Below, one piece after another: positions 12,347 to 24,048 of a DNA stretch of 64,000 nt; positions within the stretch are counted from its first letter, which is position 1, and the number at the start of each line of letters is the position of its first letter. The notes beneath the pieces are model-generated. The model was not told the origin of the DNA. It saw only the letters and a program-made list of their open reading frames with translations, and did not search any database. The stretch is from Malacoraja senta (lineage: Eukaryota). Location of the stretch: NCBI GenBank assembly GCA_038087875.1, contig CM075989.1, forward strand, positions 20,090,001 through 20,154,000, given 5' to 3'. Position numbers and translations under genes: made by a program.

Positions 12347-13429
12347 CCTGGGAAATGGGGATGGATTTATTTCTGGAATTCAAAAAAGAAACATAACCTT
12401 GTTCATGAACCTATGAATTTACACATGAACAAACAAATATCCACTTGAATTTAGTTTAGTTTAGAGGTAAGAATGGTGGACTTAAATAATGTTGAAAAAG
12501 ACTAGAGTTAAATAGCCAACTGTTCCATGGCACTTCTTTCTTCTGAAATTTGGCGCAAATGTTTATCGTTCCCCGTCATCTAATCCAAAAGCATCTTTAG
12601 AAATGTTCCTTCATGTTGCAAGAGAATGAGTGTGAACAGAATACCACAGCACCTCTCACACAGCTCACCTCCCCACCCTTTTCATTACCTCCAACTCCAC
12701 GTGTGTGGCAGTCATGACATGGAACATTTCATCCGTTCAATTCCCCTAGGAATGGGATGAAAGCAAGTCGCCTGGACCCCAAGGAGGAACCTAAAACCAA
12801 GAATCTGTATTCAAGAGAGAGTTAGATTTAGCTCTTAGAGCTAATGGAATCAAGGGATATGGGGAGAAAGCAGGAACAGGGTACTGATTTTTGGATGATC
12901 AGCCACGACCATATTGAATGGCAGTGCTGGCTCGAGGGGCCAAATGGCCTACTTCTGCACCTATTTTCGGTGTTTCTAATCTCTTTCACACCAATGGATG
13001 AGGTGGCGTATTTCAGTGAAAAGAAAGTATACCTGCAGTTGTTTCTTGTAAATATCTGCAGTCCAAAACCTTGAGATGGAGATACAAGGAAGTGCAGTTG
13101 CTGGAATCTTGAGCAAAACACAAAGTACGAAGTGTCAGCCTGCTGTAGCTTGTGTTGAATTTGCAACAAGTAGTGTAATTTATTATAATAGTTCATCTAA
13201 GGGTAAGATGAAAAGTGCACTTTGTATTTTACCTGTAGATGGACTATTATTACAGCAAATTACACTGTATGCTGCAACTTCAGTACAAGCTACCACACGT
13301 TGACAAATAGCATGTGATATCTATCTGCTGTTATTTTGTCATTCACTGTCACGATGATAGTTTTTTAATTGATGTAAGCTGCTCAATGTAACATGAAATG
13401 AACTAAACCCAACATAGATCTCCCTTCGT

Positions 13430-13860
13430 TGAAACTTGCGCCAGGCTCGGGCCTTCCCGAGAACGCGAAACACGGCTTTGTTGGAGATCAAGTTACAGTT
13501 ACTTTTGATATTTCAGTTTACCGCAGTGTTCTCTGCACGACATTGGTGGCAGCAGCAGCAGCCGCCGCCGGTCCACTGAGCGGTCCCGACCAAAGATACT
13601 AGAGGAGCGGTATCTTTGGTCCCAACTCTTCCTGCAGGTGACGTGACGAGCAATGCATTGGCTTTCCTGGGCCGGGCGGAACGATCGGAACGGTTGTTGT
13701 GGGCGTGGGGACGGAGATGGCGGGGGAGGGCGGGGAAGACTGGGGACGGCAGGACGGAAGCGGCTTGTTGCTAGGGGCTGCCTGCATAGCAACGGAGCCG
13801 CCGCAGTGACACGATCCAGCGCCGGCACCAGACGCTCCTCAACCCGGGACTGTTCTGGTG
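13430..13860. promoter_or_regulatory. CpG-rich bidirectional promoter between DTWD1 (-) and FAM227B (+)
   Basis: Local GC/CpG peak between divergent genes. CRE-like GTGACGTGAC at 13638, ATTGG (CCAAT) at 13657, GC box GGGCGGGG at 13728, ETS CGGAAG at 13755, RFX-like half-sites GTTGCTAGG at 13767 and CATAGCAAC at 13785. Confidence 0.75.
13522..13640 (-). other. DTWD1: Putative first exon of DTWD1 (5' UTR, with a possible in-frame ATG at 13543)
   Basis: Lies in the CpG-rich region; donor-like TGCG|gtaaac at 13521. The 5' boundary is a guess. Confidence 0.5.
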
Positions 13861-14138
13861 CTTGTGTTTTAAACTTATTTTTTAGCATTGTTACAGTACA
13901 GTATATAATAGAATAGTATATAATAGTATAGTACAGTATATAATAGTATACATAGTATCGTATATAATAATATAATATATCAGCATAGCACCGTGTATAG
14001 TATACTAGCACAGTAATGGTATGGCATAAAAATATAATCGTATATCCTGGAATGATATATAACAGCATAGCACAGTGTATAATAGTATAGCACAGTATAT
14101 AATAGTATAGTACAGTAGTATAGTACAGTATATGTGTA

Positions 14139-14567
14139 CCTAGACTGTGGAACACCATCCCCCTTCCCATCAGAACTGCCCCCTCCATCGACTCCTTTAA
14201 GTCAAGACTAAAAACGTATCTATACTCCCAAGCCTTTCTTGACGTCCTCTGAGCGAGGGCTATATGTATGTAGTTTGTTTGTTTATATTATTCTTATAAC
14301 AAATGTAAAGCACTTTGGCCAACGAGAGTTGTTTTTTAAATGTGTTATGTAAATAAATGTGACTTGACTTGACTTGACTTTATAGTAGTCAAGTCAAGTC
14401 ACTTTTATTTCTATAGCACATTTAAAAAACAACTCTCGTTGACCAAAGTGCTTTACATTGTCAGAGGTACTAACGTTATACAACAGTGGTTGACAGATTA
14501 AGGACATACATAAATACATACATATAGCCCTCCCTCAGAGGACGTCAAGAAAGGCTTGAGAGTATAG
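14139..14567. mobile_element. Two L2 LINE 3' ends arranged tail-to-tail (14139-14380 +, 14387-14567 -)
   Basis: Both match the 3' end of the L2 copy at 57245-57490; their (GACTT)n tails face each other across TATAGT. Confidence 0.8.
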
Positions 14568-14642
14568 CACAATATATAACAGTACAGCACCATATGTAGC
14601 AGTACAGCACAGTAGTATGGCACAGTATATACCAGTATATTA

Positions 14643-15641
14643 TAGCAATGTTACAAAATTTTGAGATTTAAAAAATAAAGTCTGCAATTTATCCCATCAG
14701 ATAAAGCATAAAAAGAAGTTTAATTTGACACCTAATTCACTTTCATATCTTCAGTATTAAAGAAGTTATGGCCATTTTCATACTCGGAAATTAGCATCTT
14801 GTTCCCTATTGCTTTTCCATTGACTTAACACAAAAGCTGTGATCGAGGACAGTTAAAAGCCCATAACTTTCTTAAAAATTAAGAGAACTGAAAGAAATGT
14901 TCAGTTATTATAGATTGAAGCATTCTGAAACAAATATGAAACAATCTTACTTAGAAGACATGAAATTAAAGCATATAATTAGTTAGTTACCTAATTGTAG
15001 CTAATTACAAAATTCAATTACTAGATCTAAACATCTATCAATTTCTTAAGAATAGATTAACATTTTTAAATAGCCTAAGTGTCCAAATAACATTCACACA
15101 AGAATTCACAATGTAACATAATTTTTAAATCTCATTGTCATGAATTTACAGGCCAAATGGAAGGAATTGAATGTTTAATACCTGTAAATTAATGGGCATT
15201 TAAATCATCTTGAGAGTGAGGATTTCTGGAACGCGATCTTTTGGAACGTTGATTTGCAGGGAATTTAACCCCGTATTGGCATGAAAAATACTGCCGTTAG
15301 TTCGGGGAATAAAATCACCGTTTCGCATGAAAAAATGTGAATTAAAGGCTTCTTAAGAAGCACTTTTATACATTTAAATAAACCACTTTCGTTTACCTGT
15401 CCCGTGTGTGAAATCCGTCCCCGTTATCGGCGTTGACGGCTTCAGGAGCTGATTTCAAAATGACACCAGGGCTGACATTGTCGATTTAATAAAAATAAAA
15501 AATTCACAAAACGCCCCTAGGAACGATTTTTCAGCAAACGCTTGTACTCCAACTAAATATAATTCAGGACAAGGTAGGAGAAACCCGCGTTTTAAGCCCG
15601 CCCCCCCCTTAAAGGCGCCAAAATCGCGCACACGGCCAGTG
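14643..15641. mobile_element. Unclassified ~1 kb inserted element without evident TIRs
   Basis: Sharp boundaries inside the pentamer satellite; AT-rich left part, CpG-rich right end. Confidence 0.5.
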
Positions 15642-16017
15642 TGTGTAATAGTATGTAATAGGATAATATATAACAGTATAGCACAGTATATAATGGTACG
15701 GCATAGTATATAATAATATAGTATAGTATATACTCGCATAATATATAGTATAGCACAGCGTATAATAGTTTTGCGTAGTATATAATAGTATAGTGTCGTT
15801 TATTATAGTGTATAATAGTATATTATAGTGTAGGCTAGTGTAGCGTATAATGGTATATAGTATATTATAGTATAACATAGTATATAATAGTATAGTATAT
15901 AGTAGTGTAGTATACAATAGTATGTAATAGTGTAGTATGGTCTATTATAGTATAGTATGGAATGGAATACTTTATTGTCACATGTGACAAGGCACAGTGA
16001 AATTCTTTGCTTACATA

Positions 16018-16140
16018 CCCGTCACCACTGCCGAGGCCCCATTGATGCCGAGGCCCCACGGCTGCAGCCACTTCACTGCTGCTGAGGCCTCACCGTTGCC
16101 GAGGCCCCACCGCCGCTGAGGCTCACCACTGCCGTCGAGC
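16018..16140. repeat. GC-rich imperfect minisatellite (GCCGAGGCCCCAC-like units)
   Basis: Five to six degenerate units adjoining a retroposon tail at ~15965-16015. Confidence 0.6.
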
Positions 16141-17375
16141 TTCGGCGACTGTCTTTTCCGCAGTCTGGGGGGCGAGCTAGACCTACTGGGCGGGTTCTGG
16201 TCCACGGCACGGTTGTTCGGCGTGAAGTATAGTATGGGACTTGCAATAAAAAGCACTATACTATACAAAAAGACACAAAGTGCTGGAGTTACTCAGCACA
16301 GCAGGTGAGGCAGCATCTGCGGAAGGAATGGATTGGAACGCTTGAACACTGGAATCTAAAACTTAATTTATTTTGTTTACTTTAGAGATAAAGGATCAAA
16401 ACATCCCTTCGGCCCAACCTCCAAATGGGCTTCGAACTATATAGACTTGGAGACGTTATTTTTGACTTTGCACTACAATTGTCTATTTATTTTTCTGTTT
16501 GTTTTGTATATATACTGAACTTTTTGGTTGTTTATTATGGGTTTTACAAAGTAATATGTTTACATTTCTGTAGTGCTGCTGCAAGTAAGAATTTCATTGT
16601 TTCATTTCAGGACATGTGACAATAAAACACACTCTTTCTCGACTGAGTCCACACTGACCATCTATCACCCGTTCACACCACTTTTATGTTATTCCACTTT
16701 CACATCCATCCCCTACATACAAGGGACAATCTTACAGAGGGCCAATTAACCTACAAACCTGTAAGTCTTTGGAGTGTGGGAGGAAACCAGAACACCCAGA
16801 GGAAATCCGTGTGGTCACGGGGAGAACGTACAAACTCCGTACAGACAGTACCCGTAGTCAGGGTTGAAGCCTCATTCTGGTGCTGTGAGTCTTTGGATGT
16901 TAAGGAGATCAAAGTATATTGTGTTGATTTACAGTAAAGTCAGACAGAAGTAAAAGATCAGTCATGCCCAAGAGAAGCAGAGCGGGTATGAAGGGGCTGA
17001 TCAGCCTATTCTTCGTTCTATTTCTTACATTCTTATAATTCAGCACATACTATCTATGATGAGGTGATATTGGAATTTTAATGACTATGCTAATACACTG
17101 TAATACCTGATGCATATACAGTTTCAAATGTTAAAAAGGTACACTCTCTTATCTAAATCTGTATAATTTATGGTTAAGGAATGTCTCACGCTGTAAATGC
17201 TATCTTGAATTTTAATTTATTTTCCCTATATATTGTACTGAACTATTGAAAAAAAACCACTTTAAATTGAATTCATTTTAATGTATAATTTATTTAGAAG
17301 ATATGTCATTCTTATTTGCTATAACATTAAATATTCTTCCTGCTTTTAACAGCTTATTGTAAATATTTACAGAAA

Positions 17376-17426
17376 ATGGAAAATCTGCCCACAACATTTC
17401 GAGAATTTTTGAAATTTCAAAATGTG
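17376..17426 (+). CDS. FAM227B: FAM227B first coding exon (MENLPTTFREFLKFQNV)
   Basis: ATG at 17376 after an acceptor (ttttaacag ending 17352 or tttacag ending 17372); donor GTG|gtaagt; resembles the EEFLKFQN N-terminus of FAM227B as I recall it. Confidence 0.8.
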
Positions 17427-18094
17427 GTAAGTGGCTTTACACTACTTCTTCAGATCTGAGACATGTAAACATAGAATAAGTCAAGTTGAAACTATTAGAC
17501 TTGTATTGCCTCATAGTTACCCATTCCAAACATCTTCCTGTTACCTTCCTGTAGTTTCTAATATTTTATTCAGATGCTCAATTGCCATTTGCAGCAAAAC
17601 CAATCCTTGATCCTAGAAGCTTATCTGTCTTCTGCCTCAGCCATGACTGAAGAAGGGTCTCGATCCGAAACGTCACCCATTCCTTCTCTCCAGAGATGCT
17701 GCCTGTCCCACTGAGTTACTCCAGCTTTTTGTGTCTATCTTCAGCCATGATCAGATTCATTTTACCTTTTAAATACACATTGTGGACGTTGCTACCACCA
17801 CCCCCCCCCCCCCACTAGTTCCTTGCCTCACAGCATAACACTGTAGCAGCTCACACTGCACAATTTGTCCTCACTTTGTGCCTGAATGACAGATCAGCAT
17901 TTCTGGTCTCTGCTTGTTTTTAAATATGCTGCTCTAATTTTATCTTTAGTCAAAAGTGTTTCATTATTAAATGTACCAAAACAGAAAAAAAATGTTTTTA
18001 ATTAAATTGTAATTCCTCAATGACTATAGAATGCAATTAAAAACTTGTTGATCCCAAACCTTTCTTTCCTTCTGTCAACTACTGAACCCTTTCT

Positions 18095-18850
18095 TATGGT
18101 AAATGGTAGCGAATTGAGGAATGCAGTTGAACAGAGGGATCTAGGAATAACTGTGCATAGTTCCCTGAAGGTGGAATCTCATGTAGATAGGGTGGTAAAG
18201 AAAGCTTTTGGTGTGCTGGCCTTTATAAATCAGAGCATTGAGTATAGAAGTTGGGATGTAATGTTAAAATTATACAAGGCATTGGTGAGGCCAATTCTGG
18301 AGTATGGTGTACAATTTTGGTCGCCAAATTATAGGAAAGATGTCAACAAAATAGAGAGAGTACAGAGGAGATTTACTAGAATGTTGCCTGGGTTTCAGCA
18401 CCTAAGTTACAGAGAAAGGTTGAACAAGATAGGTCTTTATTCTTTGGAGCGCAGAAGGTTAAGAGGGGACTTGATAGAGGTCTTTAAAATTATGAGAGGG
18501 ATAGACAGAGTTGACGTGAATAAGCTATTTCCATTGAGAGTAGTGAAGATTCAAACAAGAGGACATGATTTGAGAATTAAGGGACAAAAGTTTAGGGGTA
18601 ACATGAGGGGGAACTTCTTTACTCAGAGAGTGGTAGCTGTGTGGAATGAGCTTCCAGTGGAAGTGGTGGAGGCAGGTTCGATTTTATCATTTAAAAATAA
18701 ATTGGATAGGTATATGGACGGGAAAGGAATGGAGGGTTATGGTCTGAGTGCAGGTAGATGGGACTAGGTGAGACTAAGTGTTCGGCACGGACGAGAAGGG
18801 CCGAGATGGCCTGTTTCCGTGCTGTAATTGTTATATGGTCATAAGGTTAT
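18095..18850 (+). mobile_element. CR1 LINE 3' portion with uninterrupted ORF2 C-terminus
   Basis: ORF 18045-18767: RDLGI.V, LYKALVRP.LEY..QFWSP, LERRRLRGDLI, TRGH, FFTQRVV..WN.LP; followed by the 3' UTR. Confidence 0.93.
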
Positions 18851-20910
18851 AAGTAGTGTTATTGCCAAAGGACAATATTACATGCTTTATTCAAGAAGAT
18901 TTATCATGATATACTATGTAACTTTATCATGTCTGTTGATCAAAAGCATTAATGGGAAGTATTTTAGCTGATCTTAAATTCTTGTTAAGAACACAATGCT
19001 AGAGGTATTCGGAGGATCAGGCAGCATTTGAAGAGCGAATGGACATGCAACGTTTCGGCATAGGGCCCTTCTACAGACACTGAGTTTGAGTTTAGTTTAT
19101 TGTCACGTGGACAATAAACTTATTTATTGTCACGAGGTACAGTGAAAATAATCACTGCCTATCCATTCCCTCCATAGAGATTGCCTGACCCGTTGAGTTC
19201 CTGCAGCACTTAGTATTTTTGCTCAAGATTCCAGCATCTGCAGTCTCTTGTGAATCAAATTTATGTTTCTTGTTTTAAAGTTCTTGGATTTACGGCACAT
19301 GGTCACTAAACTGAAATTTTCAAGTGTTATTGATTCCAGCAGGCTAAATTCTGAACTCATTGTCCTCCAAATTCTAAATTCTCATAATGCATCATTTACT
19401 TTGTAAAGCAAAACACAACTTGCTGAAGAATCTCAGCAGCTCAGGCAGCATCTGTGGAGGGAATGGATAGGCAACTTTTCGGGTTGGGAGTGTGCCTCGT
19501 AGGCAGGTTAACAAGCTAGGGTGACTCTGGTATTTACTCTTTGCAAATAACAAGTTGTTATCATGATATGCCCACAGAAAATAAAGTAGATCCAGCAGCC
19601 CCAGCAATTAAGCAAGTATTATAATGTCTTTATTAAGATCTATATCTCTCAGCATTACATTTTTAACTTTAACAAAAAAAATGGTTATTTTAATGAATGA
19701 CTTTGGAGACTGAATTTGGAACGAGTGAACTCTTTTTTTAATTAATCAGTTTTGTTGAATTATGACACATCATTTGGTTTAGTAGAAATACATGATCTAG
19801 GTAATATACCTTTCTCTAGACTTTTATCTGATACTTGGCTCGTCATTTGCTTTAATTGCTGCTATTATTAGATCATAGTGGTGTGAAAGAATGGATATTT
19901 AGTTATTAATATAAGCACAAAGCATGGTTTATATATTCCAATAATGTTTAAATGCTTAAATTCAGTGTGCCTTTTCTTTTTCAATTTCCTTCATTGAAGG
20001 AAATTGAAAAATAAATTGAGAATGAAGCTTCAATTAGCGCATTTTGAAAGGAGATAGTATAATGTTGTAGATAAAATGTATCTTGCATGTCCCTGTATAC
20101 TGCAATTGGATAGTACATACCAGGCTCGAAGTAAATGCATAATTAAGGATGATAGCCAAGTTCCTTCTAACATTTCCAGAGAAGTAGCAGTATCCTTTTC
20201 GTTGCTGCAGATTCTCATTTATGTGGTCACGTATTTTTGTTAAACAGAATATGTTTCAAATATGGAATACATAACAGGCAATTGCAGTGAAATAATATAC
20301 ACAGGTGCAGTAAGTTCAATGTAAGTTCACCTTTCCTATGGTACACTGTTCTTAAGGATTTTTGTTATCTGGAACATATTATGTAGCCATAAAGCAAGGG
20401 GCCATAAATTCATTGCATCATAACAAAACTAGTGAGATGCTATGGTGTTGCCCTTGGACCAGATGGTTGGAGGCTCAGTTATGAATGTGTCCAATAATGT
20501 TTATAAATCATAATCGTCATTACTAGGATTGGCCTTGGATCCTCAGAACTGCATCTTGATTTACTGAAGTTTGTTTTGTGCATCCTGTTTCCACTCTGTG
20601 AAATGTTCCAATTTAGTGGTTAAGTCATTCTCAATATGGAGGGATTGACTAAGAAAAAGATTAAGACTGAGGGTGCCAATAATAGCTTAGACATTTGGAA
20701 AGATCATGTAATTAATATTGTGCCACCAGAAAAAAAACATAAACATTATAATTATTATAAATCATCTAAACATTGGAGACAATATTTTCATGCAAATTCT
20801 GCCCAAAATCAATCATGTTCATTTATAATTCAACATTAGCCTTTATACACAAATAATGAAGGTATGCATTTGAAAATATGTAAACTGATTTGACTTTTTT
20901 TATATTGCAG

Positions 20911-21163
20911 ACTGATTGGCCAGAGATGCTGCCTGATGAAGATGAGTTTAATATGAAAATTCAGCCTGAAGTATTAGTTTCATATGAATCAATGTCACAA
21001 TATATTTATGAAAATGCACCTTTTCGGGTGGAGTTTCTCACTGACATGGGGCAAAAAATCGATGAGTTTAAATCACGCTTAGAAAAATATTCTTCAAAAA
21101 TCCTGCCAGATGAGCCCAGGAAATACAAGAACAAAGAACATCTTTTCTATCTACCATCAGAGA
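20911..21163 (+). CDS. FAM227B: FAM227B coding exon (TDWPEMLPDEDEF...HLFYLPSE)
   Basis: Acceptor tatattgcag, open frame, donor GAGA|gtaatt; 253 nt, ends in phase 1. Confidence 0.8.
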
Positions 21164-21289
21164 GTAATTAGCTTGTGACTTTTATAATAGTGCATTTCCA
21201 ACAAATACAATCCATTTATATTGTACATTTTTAAGGAAGAGAAAACGTCCCAATGTGATTCACAGAAACATGAGAAGGGGAAAAGAAAA

Positions 21290-22150
21290 ACAGAGACTTT
21301 AAAAAAAGTCAGGGGAGAGAAACTGAAAACAGAACATTTGTCTTGGACAAGGGTTTTCAGAGGAAAGTGTGGAGGAACAATTGTAGGCTTTGGGGAAGGT
21401 ATTCCTGTGAGTAGGACCTAGGTTGCTGAAGGCTCCTCCACCAATAGTGGACCAAAGCAGAGTATTCATAAGAACATGGGTCAGAAGAACAGCCTGAGGC
21501 AGACGTTGGCTGTCGATTTGACAACATTTAGTGGGGGGAAAACTACAGCTCAACTTAGGTTAAAGACAACAGGGTAGGTTGAATTATGGCACTAGGAACT
21601 GCAGATGTTGTAATCTTGGAAGCAAAACATAAAGTGCTAGAGGAACTCAGAGGGGCAGGCAACATCTGTGGAGCAAATGGACAGGTGACGTTTCGGGTTG
21701 GGATACTTCTTCAGAGTTAAGGGGTGGTAGAGAAATTCCATCATTGTACACAGTTGATAAAAAGGAAGGCAGTTGGGTCGTAAATGATTTAAGCAATAGA
21801 ATGAGAATTTTAAATATTTCACTTGGGGCGCAGGAATAAGAAATCAATTTAGATAGCCAAGGATGCAAAGTATGAACAGGGTTTGGTGAAGAATTGGAAT
21901 ACAAACAGCAGAGATTTGGATATGCAGATCCTTATGGAAATGGGAGAATGACCAGAAAAGCTTTGGTACAAAAATTTGGAAGTGACAAGACATCATTGAG
22001 AGTTTTAGCAGCAGATGAGGAGGAGTTGAAGCAAGCAAAGTTACAGCGGTGGTTTTTTGGATATGTTGCAACTACTCCAAATCAGCAAGCATGGTGTCGA
22101 GGTGGGAGGCAATGATGGGTCTTTTAAGAACTCCAGCAGTGACATTATGA
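21290..22150 (-). mobile_element. Old L2 LINE 3' fragment interrupted by a Penelope-derived short element (~21590-21715)
   Basis: Minus-strand translation contains FKILILLLKS..QLP.FL, a decayed L2 C-terminal motif. Confidence 0.5.
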
Positions 22151-23509
22151 ATGGAAGAGCAGCTTTTGCTTCCGACAACTAGGCAGTTTCATGTAGTTGA
22201 ACAGTTCCCATGTCACCCGTGAAATCCTGGCTCCCATCTGACACAACTAATGTAGAGATTTCTACATTGCTGCAGGCTGAAAGAATCAAAACCTTTTACA
22301 AAAAATTGCATTAAACAAAATCTGTCCATCTGTATTAAATTCTAACATATCTAATTGATGCTTGAGGGAATGGTTGCCACTGGTTATGGGAGATCAGGCA
22401 TCTGCATGAGTACTTATGATATAGAAGTGAGCTGTTTAGTCCACCAACAATGCTGGTTCTTGGAGCAATCCTATTTTCCCATTTATTTCCTTGCAACTTT
22501 TTCCTTTTTCACACATATCCATTAATGCCCCAAGCTATTCCAACCAGGCACCTACAATAGAAACCTGGAGTAATTGGAGCCATTGATCGATCAACCAATT
22601 ATCAGTACATCTTTGGGATTTGAGAGGCAACTGGAGTACTGGATGGAATCCAAAGATCACATGGAAGGTGTGAAATAACACACCAAAACCGTGAGGCAGC
22701 TCCAATCCCTAGATTGCCACAGTGCCCCCATACATATGGTCTAAATTAGTGAATAAATCAACAGCAAGAAATATTTGGTCGACAAAAATGCTGGAGAAAC
22801 TCAGCGGGTGAGGCAGCATCTATGGAGCGAAGGAAATAGGCAACGTTTCGGGTCAAAACCCTTCTTCGATTTTCCAGCATCTGCAGTTCCTTATTAAGCA
22901 AGAAATATTTGTTGGGTTGTGAGAGCATATTTGGAGAAGGAGTTGTGCTGGAATAGCTGGGCAGAATGAAAGGAGTGTGCCCTCCTTTGTTATAGTAATT
23001 TTAGCAATTAGAAAGTACCGATATATATGTTTGCAGCAATTGAAGACAAATGCTACAATTTTCCATTTTTACTGATAGGGTTGCTCAAGGTGTTCATTTT
23101 AACCATGGCAGGCCAATATTTTGCTTTCGCCGATGATGGCTGTCATTTTGGGTTTGTATCCCAGCGAGTTTAGGTAGATTTGAGAGTTGAAATTATTTTA
23201 AAAAGGTTTAGAGGTAATTACGTGTAAACTTTAGTTGATTTTTCAGTAACTGTACTCAATGTCAAGCGTGAGAATTATAACCAGCTTGGGCTGTTTGGAA
23301 ATGGATTAGAGGAACCAAACATGTGAGCCAGTATGTGTTATAAAAAATGAATATATTTTCTGGAATGACTTTGCCGTTTGTCAAGAAGCTTTGCTCAAAA
23401 TTGAAGTGAGTTGAAAAAGTAGTGGTACCTTGTTATTATGCTTTTAAAGTTGATGCGTGTTTTCTTCTACAATGTGCCCTTATTGGGAATGTGCAACTAT
23501 TCTTTAAGA

Positions 23510-23900
23510 TCCATCTGGCAGAGTTGTTGGCACACTTACCTCGGAGTTTATAGTTTCAAATCAAACCCAGAAATTAAGCACACAATCTGAACCAACCCTT
23601 CAGTGCAACACTTAAGAATTTTGCCATACCAAATATGTCATCATCGGTTAAGACTTTCGACCAATCTTCTCCAGCTGGATGTGAATTGTTTCATGCTATT
23701 ATTCAAGCAAGTGCTGGAAGTTCTGGTGTCCTAGATAGGTTTGTCTTGTTTCACTAGGGAAGGAAAATGATTAAATTGGACAGTCATCTTAATTGTTCTT
23801 TGTTAGGGCCGAGGATACGTAAATTGGCCGCAGTAATTAATTAGGTGGGAAATACGTTAAAATGTCCCAGAAATGTGATCATAAATCGTATAAATGTAAA
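23510..23900 (+). mobile_element. Highly diverged Deu-domain SINE (SacSINE1-like)
   Basis: Residual similarity to the family as I recall it (tRNA-like head, GGATGT.AA..ATCCCATGGC region). Related pieces at ~38630-38840(-), 39030-39140 and 46175-46370. Confidence 0.45.
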
Positions 23901-23992
23901 ATGTCCCTTTTTAAATTTTATCTATATGATTTGCAGTTTGTAAAAGTTTATTTATTTTGGCATGAGTATTAAAATCATATTATTTGTTTCAG

Positions 23993-24048
23993 CTTTTATT
24001 GCACAAATGATGGACGCTGATGCATTAATAACACATCCCAGTAGAAAG
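23993..24048 (+). CDS. FAM227B: FAM227B small coding exon (TFIAQMMDADALITHPSRK)
   Basis: Acceptor tttgtttcag, donor AAG|gtaaaa; phase 1 to 0 exactly bridges the flanking exons. Sequence similarity itself is weak. Confidence 0.65.

Larger units (their letters stand above)
13890..15960. repeat. Degenerate (TATAG/TAGTA)n pentamer satellite interrupted by nested insertions
   Basis: Low-complexity blocks at ~13890-14135, 14565-14642 and 15642-15960; they explain the spurious Tyr/Ile-rich ORFs. Confidence 0.85.

Noticed and set aside
13499..14188. 229-aa minus-strand ORF across the promoter
   Set aside because: Composite of an L2 end, TATAG satellite and GC-rich promoter; only the MSCREHC segment is potentially meaningful.
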